A DNA stretch of 64,000 nucleotides from Minisyncoccota bacterium (GCA_041649495.1 JBAZMZ010000003.1:6602-70601); one strand, 5' to 3'; shown: positions 20,708 to 30,546, counted from the stretch's first letter. The notes: generated by a model not told the origin, from the sequence alone. Translations and numbers: made by a program.

Positions 20708-21694
20708 ATGATTAAGGTGGGAATTTTACGTGGCGGGGTAGGGCACGAATATGAAGTGTCGCTCAAAACGGGCGCCAATGTGCTCAAAAACTTGCCGAGC
20801 GACAAATATCAGCCGGTCGACATGCTCTTATCGCGGGATGGCACTTGGCATGTCAACGGTTTGCCAGTCTCACCAGAACGCGCCGTGCGCAGTGTTGATG
20901 TCATTTTTAACGCTCTTCATGGCGAATTTGGCGAGGATGGTCAAGTTCAACAGATTTTGGACCTTTTACAGACCCCTTATACTGGTTCAGGCACGGTGGC
21001 CTCGGCTTTGGGGATGGATAAACCGCGGGCTAAGGAAATTTTCAAAAAAGCCGGATTAAAAGTGCCAAATGGGGTGGTTTTAAAGCGAGGAGATCAGACC
21101 CTTCGACAAGACTCAGGGCAAGCAGAAACCGAAGCAGTGGCGTACGATGCCTTTCAGAAAATTTCACCGCCGTGGATTATCAAGCCAGCCGGCAGTGGCT
21201 CCTCGGTTGGTCTTTATTTAGCACGCACTTTTCCTGAATTGGTTCAGGCGATTGAAAGTTGTTTCAAATTTAGCGATGCCGTTTTAGTTGAAGAATATAT
21301 TCGCGGTAAAGAGGCGACTTGCGGGGTAGTTGATAGCCTGCGCGGACAAGATTATTATTCACTTTTGCCCATCGAAATCGTCACCCCCGATAACAAAAAT
21401 CTTTTTGATTATGAGGCTAAATATACTGGCATTACGTCCGAAATTTGTCCCGGTCGTTTTACTAAAGACGAAAAAAAGGAACTCGAGAGTCTCTCGGCCC
21501 AAATTCACCGAGCTCTTGGCCTGCGTCATTACTCTCGCTCCGACTTTATCTTATCGCCAAGGGGCATTTATGTGCTCGAAGTCAATACTTTGCCCGGTTT
21601 GACCGAAGAATCGCTCATCCCTAAATCTCTGCGGGCTAGCGGTATCCCTTACGGCCAATTTTTGGACCATATTGTCACTTTGGCCTTAAATTAA
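20708..21694 (+). CDS. ddl: D-alanine--D-alanine ligase
   Basis: GG..EYEVSL, ALHGEFGEDG, GSSVG, EVNTLPGLT. Confidence 0.95.
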   Translation: MIKVGILRGGVGHEYEVSLKTGANVLKNLPSDKYQPVDMLLSRDGTWHVNGLPVSPERAVRSVDVIFNALHGEFGEDGQVQQILDLLQTPYTGSGTVASALGMDKPRAKEIFKKAGLKVPNGVVLKRGDQTLRQDSGQAETEAVAYDAFQKISPPWIIKPAGSGSSVGLYLARTFPELVQAIESCFKFSDAVLVEEYIRGKEATCGVVDSLRGQDYYSLLPIEIVTPDNKNLFDYEAKYTGITSEICPGRFTKDEKKELESLSAQIHRALGLRHYSRSDFILSPRGIYVLEVNTLPGLTEESLIPKSLRASGIPYGQFLDHIVTLALN

Positions 21695-21794
21695 GGTAAA
21701 AACGGGTTATCCACTTTTTTGTAGGCTTTGGTGGTTTTTGATAAAAAGGCATTTTTGCTAGTAATTAGAGTAATTACTAGTTTTATTTTTAATT

Positions 21795-23189
21795 ATGAAT
21801 AAAAAGATTCTTACCTTTTTGTTATTATTAGCCCCCGTTGTAACTCTGGCTTCACCAACGGCCACCTTGGACGTTTATACGATTGATAATTTAATTATTT
21901 CTCCCAAAGATACTTCTGGTCTTTTTGCGACGACCTCTAGCATTGACTTGGGTTTTTCGGACCCAGTTTCGGTCAATTTAGATATTCTTGATTCGCTCGG
22001 TTCTCAAGTTAAACATATCTATAACAACTCAAGTGTGACGAATCCTGATCCCAAAATTTGGTACGGGAAAGATAATGGCAGTAATTTTGTCGCTGACGGG
22101 ACCTATACGGTTCAAGTCGTTTATTCTGACGCTGGTGGGGTAGCGACCAATACCTCCGAAACTATTATCGTTGATAATGATGTTCCGATTGTGGGAGCGA
22201 TAACAATTACTCCGAGCTATGTGTCTGGCCCAACCACTTATATTGCTACCACCTCAAGCTTTAGTGTGCCGGTTGATGACGAAGGAACTGGAGTTCGAGA
22301 TTGCAATTTTGGCTATGATAATGGCTCGGTTAAATATTGGCTTACGACGATCACTCCGACGGCTGGTTATTGCGTTTTTGACGATGTTGATACTTCTGAT
22401 CAGACAATGACGAGAATTGTTGCTCAAGCTTACGATAACGCTTTGCACTCTCAAGGCACCGAGTTGGCTGTGGTGGTTGATGTTGAGGCTCCAGTCATTA
22501 CTCTGGTTGGTGATTCAACCGTTAATCTCGAGGTTGGGACTTCTTATACTGACGCTGGGGCCACGGCCAATGACAGTGTCGAGGGAGATTTAACTTCTCA
22601 AATTGTTTCGGCTGGAACAGTTGATACTTCAACCGTTGGCACTTATGCAATAACTTATAACGTCACTGATAGTTTGGGTAATATCGCTACCGAAGTGACT
22701 AGAACCGTAAATGTTGTCCTGACTCCAACCTCAACTCCACCCCCAAGTTCTGGTAGTCACAGCTCTGGTTATGTTCTCGGTTGGGGACCAAATGGGCCGA
22801 TTAATCCGGTTTTGGGGCAAGTGTTGGGCACTTCGACGAGCCGAGCTCTAGGTGCTTCAACGAGCAAAGCACCAGGGGTAACTCGTGAAAGAAAATTGCT
22901 CATTATTCAGAAAAGATTGAATTTCTTGCGTCGAGACTTCTTAACTTTGAGGCGCCAACAATTACAAAAACTCTCAAAACAATTACAGACTCTCCAACAG
23001 CAACTAGATAATCTTAAAAATCCGAAGGCGGAAGTGAAGGCTAAAGCTAAACCAGTGGCGACTCAAGCCGTTACTATTGAAGGACCAGCCGGAATAGGAG
23101 AAGTTATCACTCCGGTTGACGAAACAGAGTCAACGGCGACCACCACGGCTCCAGTGACGCCGACCAAACCTTGGTGGAAATTCTGGTAG
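21795..23189 (+). CDS. Secreted/surface protein with FlgD-like and DUF5011-type Ig-like domains and a coiled coil
   Basis: Signal peptide; WYGKDNGSNFVADGTY; APVITLVG..YTDAGATAND..EGDLT; ends KPWWKFW. Confidence 0.75.
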   Translation: MNKKILTFLLLLAPVVTLASPTATLDVYTIDNLIISPKDTSGLFATTSSIDLGFSDPVSVNLDILDSLGSQVKHIYNNSSVTNPDPKIWYGKDNGSNFVADGTYTVQVVYSDAGGVATNTSETIIVDNDVPIVGAITITPSYVSGPTTYIATTSSFSVPVDDEGTGVRDCNFGYDNGSVKYWLTTITPTAGYCVFDDVDTSDQTMTRIVAQAYDNALHSQGTELAVVVDVEAPVITLVGDSTVNLEVGTSYTDAGATANDSVEGDLTSQIVSAGTVDTSTVGTYAITYNVTDSLGNIATEVTRTVNVVLTPTSTPPPSSGSHSSGYVLGWGPNGPINPVLGQVLGTSTSRALGASTSKAPGVTRERKLLIIQKRLNFLRRDFLTLRRQQLQKLSKQLQTLQQQLDNLKNPKAEVKAKAKPVATQAVTIEGPAGIGEVITPVDETESTATTTAPVTPTKPWWKFW

Positions 23190-23452
23190 AAAATTATTGA
23201 GGTAAAATATTAAGAGCGAGAGCCCGCGTTATGTCAAATGTGACACCGCAAGGCCCCCGCTCTTCTTGGAGGGAATACCGTCCTTCCCCGGACATGTTGC
23301 TGGTAGCTTGCCGACCACTAGCAGGAAGGAGATGGGGAAGGACAGTTCCGCTTTCTAGTCTAGCAAGCCCCTTTTTATTGTCAAGCTCAGAGAGGGCGAA
23401 TGGAGATGAGGAACATCTTGCACGTTGATAATCTCCTTGGTACAATTAAACA

Positions 23453-24130
23453 ATGAGATCGAATTTTGCCCTCCTGAAACCCCAAGCCCTTTCTCTTCGG
23501 AAACAAGGGAAAAGCTACGGGGAAATTAGACAGATTTTGAAATCCCCAATACCTAAGAGCACCTTGTCATATTGGTGTAAAAATCTTCCTCTATCAAAAA
23601 CTCAACAGGTTAAGATTGAAATTTTAGCGAAAAAAGGGTCAAAAAAGGGGTTAGCTTTGGCCTGGATTGCTAATGACGTCAAAAAGAAAGAACGGCTAAA
23701 AGAAGTAAGGAGTCAAATTTCTCATTTGCCTGATAAACTGAAAGATAAAAATGTCGCCAAAATTGCTCTCGCCATGCTTTATCTTGGCGAGGGATCCAAG
23801 AACCAGAGTTCTCTAGTATTTGGAAATTCTAATCCATTTGTGATATCCTTATTTTTGAAACTATTAAGGTTTTGTTATCCCCTAAATGAGCAAAAGTTTC
23901 GATGCACGGTTCAGTGTCGTGCTGATCAGAACGTTAAAAATCTAGGAATGTTTTGGTCTAAGGTTACTGGAATATCTAATCAGCTCTTTTATAAACCCCA
24001 GATAGACAAAAGAACTATTGGATTAAAAACCAAAAAAGTTGATTATCAAGGTGTTTGCCGAATTGATTATTTTTCAGCAGACATTTTTACAGAGTTAATG
24101 CAGATTATAGATTTAATATGTAGAAAATAA
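23453..24130 (+). CDS. HTH plus LAGLIDADG-like putative endonuclease, stop codon abutting the tRNA
   Basis: N-terminal LRKQGKSYGEI..IPKSTLSYW HTH; AMLYLGEGSK..FGNSNP LAGLIDADG-like helix. Confidence 0.65.
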   Translation: MRSNFALLKPQALSLRKQGKSYGEIRQILKSPIPKSTLSYWCKNLPLSKTQQVKIEILAKKGSKKGLALAWIANDVKKKERLKEVRSQISHLPDKLKDKNVAKIALAMLYLGEGSKNQSSLVFGNSNPFVISLFLKLLRFCYPLNEQKFRCTVQCRADQNVKNLGMFWSKVTGISNQLFYKPQIDKRTIGLKTKKVDYQGVCRIDYFSADIFTELMQIIDLICRK

Positions 24131-24206
24131 GGGCTTGTAGCTCAGCTGGTAGAGCACTGCTATGGCATAGCAGGGGTCAGGGGTTCGAGCCCCCTCAAGT
24201 CCACCA
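24131..24206 (+). tRNA. tRNA-Ala(GGC)
   Basis: Cloverleaf, G3:U70 pair, anticodon GGC, TTCGA T-loop, encoded CCA. Confidence 0.95.
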
Positions 24207-24214
24207 TTCCGAAT

Positions 24215-24328
24215 TTGTTAAAGAAGTTGCGAACAAAACTTGGTCTTTCTCAAGATGATTTTGCTCGCAAGGCGGATGTTCCCTATACAACGCTTACCAA
24301 TGTTAATATTGAGGAATTGATAAAATAA
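24215..24328 (+). pseudogene. XRE-family HTH regulator remnant
   Basis: KKLRTKLGLSQDDFARKADVPYTTLT is joined directly to a C-terminal NIEELIK*; the middle is deleted. Confidence 0.6.
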
Positions 24329-24331
24329 TTT

Positions 24332-25318
24332 ATGAACACTTATTCCATTACAGTATCAAACCTAACAAAGAAATTTTCTTTCTCCGCAAGAAACGCTTCT
24401 TCAGGTTGGTTAAAAAATTTGTTTTCGCCAGAGACTAAAGAAATTGTGGCGGTTAATGATATTTCTTTTTCGGTCAAACACGGCGAACGCATAGCTTTCA
24501 TCGGTCCAAACGGGGCGGGTAAATCTACTACGATTAAAATGCTTACAGGCATACTTTTTCCAACCTCGGGTAAAGTAAATATTCTTGGTTTTGACCCGAC
24601 AAAAGACCGAAAGAAACTTGCTTACCAAATCGGTACGGTTTTTGGTCAGCGTTCGCAACTTTTGCCTAATCTACCTCTAACGGATTCACTCGAATTTTTT
24701 GGAGTAATGTATGATATGCCCGAAAAAGAAATCAAAAGAAGAATTGCTGAACTTGTAGAACTTTTTGATCTCGGCTCATTTATTACCCAACCAGTCCGTA
24801 AGCTTTCGCTCGGTCAGCGTATGCGAGCAGAAGTTGCTGCTTCCTTAATTCATAAACCAAAAATCATACTTCTCGATGAGCCGACAATCGGGCTTGATGT
24901 TGTCGCAAAAAAATCTCTTCGCGATTTGTTGCTCAAAATAAACAAGGATAAAAATACTACAATATTTTTGACTTCTCACGATGTCGGAGATATCGAATCT
25001 CTATGCGACAGAACAATTGTTATCAATCACGGAACAATTATCAAAGATTTACCTACGCAAGATTTGGCAAAAACTTTTGTTTATGAAAAATATATTGATC
25101 TTGTCGCATTAAGCAATTTTAATAATTTTCCTGAACTTCCAGAAGGTATTCGATATTCCTCGAAAGATAAAAATAAAATTACTGTCGTTGTTGATATTAA
25201 CAAAATCAATGTTCAAGAATCTTTGAAAAAATTGCTTGATTTGTTTGAAGTCGAGGATATTGATGTGTATAACGCTGACCTCGAAACAGTAATCAGGCAT
25301 ATTTATGAAAGAGATTAG
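24332..25318 (+). CDS. ABC transporter ATP-binding protein
   Basis: GPNGAGKST, LSLGQRMR, LLDEPT. Confidence 0.93.
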   Translation: MNTYSITVSNLTKKFSFSARNASSGWLKNLFSPETKEIVAVNDISFSVKHGERIAFIGPNGAGKSTTIKMLTGILFPTSGKVNILGFDPTKDRKKLAYQIGTVFGQRSQLLPNLPLTDSLEFFGVMYDMPEKEIKRRIAELVELFDLGSFITQPVRKLSLGQRMRAEVAASLIHKPKIILLDEPTIGLDVVAKKSLRDLLLKINKDKNTTIFLTSHDVGDIESLCDRTIVINHGTIIKDLPTQDLAKTFVYEKYIDLVALSNFNNFPELPEGIRYSSKDKNKITVVVDINKINVQESLKKLLDLFEVEDIDVYNADLETVIRHIYERD

Positions 25319-26104
25319 ACTAACAACTAAAATACTAAAAACGCTCGTCAAAGATCGGATTCAATATCCCGATAGACTATTTGTTGATACTATCGGCGTT
25401 ATCGCACGATGTGGAATACTTTTGATTTTATATTGGTATGTTTTCAAGTTAAATAATGGAGTTATAAACGGCACAACATTTCTTTTTGCTGCGTGGAGTA
25501 TTTTTTTCTATTTCTCATTTTCAGTATTGAGATTGCGTGATATTTCTAGAGAAATTATGAAAGATATCCAAACTGGAAATGTTGAAGTGTTATTTAGTAA
25601 ACCGATTTCTTATCTATCGTATCGAATGTGGTGGCAGGTTGGCTCTGGCATATATTCTTTTGTTGTTATAACACTATTGACGGTAGTCGCTTTGATTTTT
25701 ATTATTGGTCTTCCGCCAACAATGACAATTGGTATTTTTATTCCGACATTAATTTTAACTTTTCTTTGCGGAGCAATACTTTCACTTTTTTATATACGAT
25801 CGTTGGTCTTTTGTCTTTTTGGATAGAGGACATAAACCCAGTGTTTTGGATTGTAGATAAAGCAGTTATGATTCTTGGTGGTTCATATCTTCCTGTTGCA
25901 TTATTTCCAGCGTTCATGTTTAAGATTGCTTTATGGAGTCCCTTTGGAGCTTCACAGTTTGTAACGCATACAGTTTACGAAACTTGGCAGGCAAATTGGT
26001 ATCAACTTCTTGGTATTCAATTATTTTGGATTGTTTTACTTGGATTGATCGTTTATTTTATGTTTGAAAAAGCAAAGCAAAAAGTCTCTGTAAACGGAGG
26101 ATAA
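25305..26104 (+). pseudogene. ABC-2 type permease, split by a frameshift
   Basis: ORFs 25305-25826 and 25628-26104 join into one permease if the T6 run at 25786-25791 is T7. Confidence 0.75.
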
Positions 26105-26108
26105 TTTT

Positions 26109-26903
26109 ATGATGAAAGAATTATATTTTGCGTTATACGCAATAAAAAAGAATATCCAAAGCAGTGCGGAACTTCGCACAAGTTTTTTGATGAATATTTT
26201 TGGAATGGCTGTAAATAATACTGCTTTTATAATTTTATGGGGATTTTTTGTAAAATCGGTTGGAGTTATTGGGGGTTGGACAGTCGCCGACATAATAGGT
26301 TTGCAAGGCTTCGTTGCTCTCTGTTTTGGTATTGTATTTTCTACGGCAGCTGGAATCAGAAAACTTGCCGATTATACAGCTTCTGGATCATTTGATCGAT
26401 TTATGCTTTCGCCAAAAAATCTGCTTGTCAGAATTGCAACATCATCATTCGGTGTTTCAGCTCTCGGTGATATAGTTTTTGGAATTGTATGTTTGGGTAT
26501 TTTTGCTTTTCTAATCCATGCAACAATTTACCAAATTCTATTGATAATATTACTTGTTATTATTTCAACGATTGTATTTTTAGCGGCAGCGATAGCGATT
26601 TATTCAACAAGTTTTTACTTTACGGACTCAAGTTCCGTAACGGGCAGTCTTTTTGAATTATTTTTAACCCCCTCACTATTTCACGGGGGTGCTTTTCAAG
26701 GAGTAATGAGGTTTATTTTTACATTTGCAATTCCGTCACTTTTGATTGGTGCTTTGCCAGTTGAAATAGTGAGGGATATTTCTTTAGGGAAACTTTTATT
26801 GGTTGGCGTTCTCGCTATATTTTGGTTTGTCGTTTCAATCAATATATTTAACCGAGCAGTTAAGAAATATGAAAGTTCAAATTTTATGACTTTTGGGAAT
26901 TAA
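26109..26903 (+). CDS. ABC-2 type permease (DUF990-like)
   Basis: Multiple TM helices, GSFDRFMLSP, ends KYESSN; operonic with the ATPase. Confidence 0.85.
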   Translation: MMKELYFALYAIKKNIQSSAELRTSFLMNIFGMAVNNTAFIILWGFFVKSVGVIGGWTVADIIGLQGFVALCFGIVFSTAAGIRKLADYTASGSFDRFMLSPKNLLVRIATSSFGVSALGDIVFGIVCLGIFAFLIHATIYQILLIILLVIISTIVFLAAAIAIYSTSFYFTDSSSVTGSLFELFLTPSLFHGGAFQGVMRFIFTFAIPSLLIGALPVEIVRDISLGKLLLVGVLAIFWFVVSINIFNRAVKKYESSNFMTFGN

Positions 26904-27054
26904 TAGCCACCGAATTTCCGAAAACCCCCAGTCCGAAACCCGTCCGCATTCCTCCCCAGACCCCTCCTCCTCCGCTTGCGAAATCCGAAGAGATTAGTCA
27001 GTATCAGGATTTTGTTCGTAAAAAGTTCGGACTTTGTTAATGACACACCACCCG

Positions 27055-27732
27055 ATTGAAGATTTGTTCAAAAAATAATAACGATTGAAAACAACAATCC
27101 TGCCCCGCGACGACAACGGAATTGTTGCCTATCGGGGGCGGGGTTCGCCTTAAACAGAGATGAGTTGGTTTTCGCTGTGAGATGCGATTGCTTCAGCTGT
27201 CGACCCAGACAACATCCCAAGTTTGAAAGCCGCATTGACGAGGATGGCCTCGTCGGCCTTTTCGGTCAAGCCTGAGAAGCTGATGATGAAATCTTTCGTT
27301 CGGATGGCCCCTCCACACAGTTCTCTCTCGACCTCTCGTGTTTGCCAACTGCTCAGATGGTTCTGGTGAGCCATCAAACGTAAGGCTTTCTCCTGACACA
27401 AGTTGAAGTACTTGGCCTCTTTGCCAATAGTTGGGCCACCGACCCTAATCACAAGGATCGGTACAAGTTTGTCTTGGTCCGGCGAGTCGCGAAACACACA
27501 AAGATACCCGCCAAAGCGCTGATCCCCTTGGGAGAGCCGACGATTGCAATTCGTAATCTCTCTCAGTAACTCGGTGACCAGATCAAACAATAATTTTCTC
27601 AATGGTTCATCCTCCTGTCGCGGGAGCTGTATCCAAGTACTTTCTAGCATAAAAGAGAAAATCTGTAAACCTTTTTGTAATGAAATAACGCTAACCCCCT
27701 CTTTCCATTATTGAAGATTTGTTCAAAAAATA
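27055..27732. repeat. 23-bp perfect direct repeat (27055-27077 and 27710-27732) bracketing an orphan gene
   Basis: ATTGAAGATTTGTTCAAAAAATA occurs twice. Confidence 0.9.
27150..27650 (-). CDS. Hypothetical protein, possibly GlcG/HbpS-like fold
   Basis: 166 aa; EKA...GGAIR..ISFSG..ADEA pattern; GC-rich hairpin downstream (27096-27145). Confidence 0.6.
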   Translation of the reverse strand: MLESTWIQLPRQEDEPLRKLLFDLVTELLREITNCNRRLSQGDQRFGGYLCVFRDSPDQDKLVPILVIRVGGPTIGKEAKYFNLCQEKALRLMAHQNHLSSWQTREVERELCGGAIRTKDFIISFSGLTEKADEAILVNAAFKLGMLSGSTAEAIASHSENQLISV

Positions 27733-27739
27733 GTAGTAT
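27711..27739 (+). promoter_or_regulatory. Sigma70-like promoter for the GIY-YIG gene and tRNA
   Basis: TTGAAG-N17-TAGTAT. Confidence 0.5.
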
Positions 27740-27752
27740 TGGCTAACCTAAG

Positions 27753-27989
27753 ATGTTTACCGTTTATGTTCTAAAAGATATTTCTGGTAAACTTTATAAA
27801 GGGATGACCAATAATCTTGAACGAAGATTAAAAGAACATCGTTCTGGTCATACAATTACCACGAGCAAGATGAAGGAATTTTCAGTTGTATATACTGAAA
27901 ATTATGATAATTTTGCCGAAGCGAGGGAAAAGGAGGTATATTTAAAAAGCGCCGCGGGTAGGAGATTTTTGAAGGATAAGATTAATTAA
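27753..27989 (+). CDS. Small GIY-YIG nuclease family protein
   Basis: VYVL..LYKGMTNNLERRLKEH..AREKEVYLKSAAGR. Confidence 0.9.
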   Translation: MFTVYVLKDISGKLYKGMTNNLERRLKEHRSGHTITTSKMKEFSVVYTENYDNFAEAREKEVYLKSAAGRRFLKDKIN

Positions 27990-27994
27990 TAAAT

Positions 27995-28067
27995 GGGCCC
28001 TTAGCTTAGTTGGTAGAGCGCCTGCTTTGCAAGCAGGAGGTCAGGAGTTCGAATCTCCTAGGGTCCA
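27995..28067 (+). tRNA. tRNA-Ala(TGC)
   Basis: Cloverleaf, G3:U70 pair, anticodon TGC; CCA not encoded. Confidence 0.95.
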
Positions 28068-28069
28068 CT

Positions 28070-28297
28070 ATGTTAAAAGAATTTTTTGTAAAAAAACAAT
28101 TGAAAGCACTTGGGGTTAATGACTCGCAATTAGAAGCGATGATGAAGGTGGTTAAGGCCAACCCGGGCTTATTCCAAAAACTTGGTCAAGAAATCGAAAC
28201 TAAAGTTAGTCAAGATAAAATGGGCTACCAAGAAGCGACTCTGGCCGTGACGCAAAAATATCAAAAAGAATTAGCTCAGATTTTCGGGCAGAAATAA
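28070..28297 (+). CDS. Hypothetical helical protein
   Basis: ATG at 28070 immediately after the tRNA; the longer ORF-track start overlaps the tRNA. Confidence 0.7.
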   Translation: MLKEFFVKKQLKALGVNDSQLEAMMKVVKANPGLFQKLGQEIETKVSQDKMGYQEATLAVTQKYQKELAQIFGQK

Positions 28298-28369
28298 ACC
28301 ATTACTTTACACAATTACATTATCCACCGTTAAGTTGTAAACTAGCTGGTGTTATGATATCCTTATATT

Positions 28370-29104
28370 ATGACGACTTGGCTACAAAATAAGCGCAAAT
28401 TATCAGGCCTTTCCCAGACCGAAGTGGCCAAAAGTTTGGGAATTTCTCGGCCCACTTATAATAAGCTCGAACAAGGGATAGCTAAATCGACTGAGCAACA
28501 AAAAGCTATTTTAGCCCAGCTTTTGAGTGTCTCCGGGAACACTTTTGAAAAAAATAGCGAGGAGAAGGAAATTAAAACTGACACGGTTTATATTAGGGAA
28601 GTTCCTAAGGAGAATGTCGCTAAATTTAAGCAGGTCTTACTTTATATCGTTGGCAAAGTTGGCAGTCGTCCCAATATCGGCCAGACGGCGCTTTATAAAT
28701 TACTCTATTTTATTGATTTTGATTATTACGAGAAATACCAAAAGTTTTTAGTTGGAGCCACTTATCTTAGGAACACTCACGGCCCAAGTCCTGTTTCGTT
28801 TGCTAAAATTGTTCGAGAATTAGAAAATGAAGGCGAATTGGTTGAGGTGACTAATAAATATTTTGGTTATGATCAGAAGAAATATTTAATAACCTCTGAG
28901 CCAGAAGTTACGTCTCTTTCGGCCCGAGAACTTAAACATATTGACGACGAGTTAGAACGCTTAGCTTCAAAAAGTGCCAGGGAGCTTTCTAACCTTTCTC
29001 ATGTCGACACTCCTTGGCGAGTCGCCAAAGAAAAAGGAGTTTTGAATTATCGGCATGTTTTTTATCGACCGGATGAGACTTCGGTAGCCATCGCTGATGA
29101 ATAA
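28370..29104 (+). CDS. XRE-HTH plus Panacea (DUF4065/SocA) antitoxin
   Basis: LSQTEVAKSLGISRPTY HTH; LYKLLYFIDF, HGPSP and LSH..TPW motifs. Confidence 0.85.
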   Translation: MTTWLQNKRKLSGLSQTEVAKSLGISRPTYNKLEQGIAKSTEQQKAILAQLLSVSGNTFEKNSEEKEIKTDTVYIREVPKENVAKFKQVLLYIVGKVGSRPNIGQTALYKLLYFIDFDYYEKYQKFLVGATYLRNTHGPSPVSFAKIVRELENEGELVEVTNKYFGYDQKKYLITSEPEVTSLSARELKHIDDELERLASKSARELSNLSHVDTPWRVAKEKGVLNYRHVFYRPDETSVAIADE

Positions 29105-29435
29105 GTTTTCCTGCTTACCAGAGTTTGAAAAAGAGCTAAAGAAGCTGTCTAAGAAATATTCTAGTCTGGCTCAAGATGTTGAAGATATTAAGCCCATTCT
29201 TTTGGCTTCGCCGACCGGGATTGGGAAAAACTTTACCATCATTAACATCACTAAAAGGGTTAAAATTGTAAAAGTGCGAATCCAGTGTGAATCGCTTCGG
29301 TCTCGGACAATTAGACTAATCTATGCTTGTCATGAAGATAAAATTGAGTTTATCTTCATCGAACTCTATTTTAAGGGCGATAAGGCAAATGAAGACAAAA
29401 ATCGAGTTAGTCAATATCTAAAAACGGTGGTATAG
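29097..29435 (+). CDS. RelE/ParE-like toxin
   Basis: FEKELKKLSKKY..IVKVR..IRLIY..IELYFKGDK; overlaps the antitoxin stop. Confidence 0.75.
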   Translation: MNKFSCLPEFEKELKKLSKKYSSLAQDVEDIKPILLASPTGIGKNFTIINITKRVKIVKVRIQCESLRSRTIRLIYACHEDKIEFIFIELYFKGDKANEDKNRVSQYLKTVV

Positions 29436-29463
29436 TCTGGTAAAATCTGCTATATTTTAGAGC

Positions 29464-30546
29464 ATGAGTTTAAGTATTGGCATTGTGGGGTTACCAAACG
29501 TCGGGAAATCGACGTTGTTTAACGCGTTGACGCAAAAAGGGGTGCCGGCGGAGAATTATCCGTTTTGCACGATTGATCCAGCGGTCGGGATTGTGGCCGT
29601 GCCGGACGAACGAGTGGATATTTTGGCCGATTTTTCGCAGTCAGCGAAAAAAATTCCGGCGGCGATTGAATTCGTAGATATCGCCGGCTTGGTTAAGGGT
29701 GCCTCGGCGGGCGAAGGTTTAGGTAATCAATTTCTCTCGCATATTCGCGAGGTGGACGCGATTGCGGAAGTGGTGCGCGTTTACGAAGATTCTAATATTA
29801 CTCATGTTTCAAGTAAAATAGACCCGATTGATGATATTGAGACGATTAATCTCGAATTGATTTTGGCGGACGAGCAAACCGTGAGTAAACGCTTGGCGAA
29901 TTTAGCGCATGATGTTAAGCGGGGAGACAAAATTGCTCTGGCCGAAGAAGCGGTTTTACAAAAAGTTGAAGCCGTTTTGAAACGAGGGCAAATGGCGAAT
30001 TCTGTTTCTCTAATCAAAGAAGAGGAAGAGATTTTGAAAGGGATGCATCTTTTGTCGGCCAAGCCGATTTTGTATGTTTTAAACGCCAAAAATTCACTGA
30101 GAGGCGAGGCCTCTCAGTGGCCAGTCATTGAATATTTGGCGAAACTGGGGGCGAATCATGTGGTGGTTGACGCGAAAATTGAAGGGGAATTGTCCGAATT
30201 GGAAAAAGCGGATAAGGAAGTTTTCAAAAAAGAATTAGGGGTTGAGGATGATGGGATTAATGATTTGATTAAAGAGAGTTACCAGATGCTGGGCTTAATG
30301 ACTTTTCTGACAACCGGCGCCGACGAAACGCGGGCTTGGACGATTAAAAAAGATTCGACCGCGCCGGTAGCGGGCACCGCTATCCATACGGACTTTTTCG
30401 ATAAATTTATTAAAGCGGAAGTCATAAATTGGCAAGATCTGGTCAAAGCCGGCTCTTATGGTCTCGCCCGCGAAAAAGGTTTGGTGCGGACTGAAGGCAA
30501 GGACTACCTCGTCAAAGACGGTGATGTCATTGAATTCAAGATATGA
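29464..30546 (+). CDS. ychF: Redox-regulated ATPase YchF
   Basis: GLPNVGKST, NYPFCTIDP, DIAGLVKGAS.GEGLGN and EGKDY motifs. Confidence 0.97.
   Translation: MSLSIGIVGLPNVGKSTLFNALTQKGVPAENYPFCTIDPAVGIVAVPDERVDILADFSQSAKKIPAAIEFVDIAGLVKGASAGEGLGNQFLSHIREVDAIAEVVRVYEDSNITHVSSKIDPIDDIETINLELILADEQTVSKRLANLAHDVKRGDKIALAEEAVLQKVEAVLKRGQMANSVSLIKEEEEILKGMHLLSAKPILYVLNAKNSLRGEASQWPVIEYLAKLGANHVVVDAKIEGELSELEKADKEVFKKELGVEDDGINDLIKESYQMLGLMTFLTTGADETRAWTIKKDSTAPVAGTAIHTDFFDKFIKAEVINWQDLVKAGSYGLAREKGLVRTEGKDYLVKDGDVIEFKI

Noticed and set aside
21707-21715. TTATCCAC-like sequences as a replication origin
   Set aside because: Isolated imperfect DnaA-box matches, several belonging to the REP tail; no cluster and no dnaA nearby.
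27096-27145. Hairpins after orphan genes (also 61635-61690) as integron attC sites
   Set aside because: No convincing RYYYAAC/GTTRRRY boxes, no tandem cassette array and no integrase; terminator-like structures are a simpler reading.
28010-28069. ORF-track N-terminal extension MVERLLCKQEVRSSNLLGST
   Set aside because: It is translated tRNA-Ala sequence; the real start is 28070.
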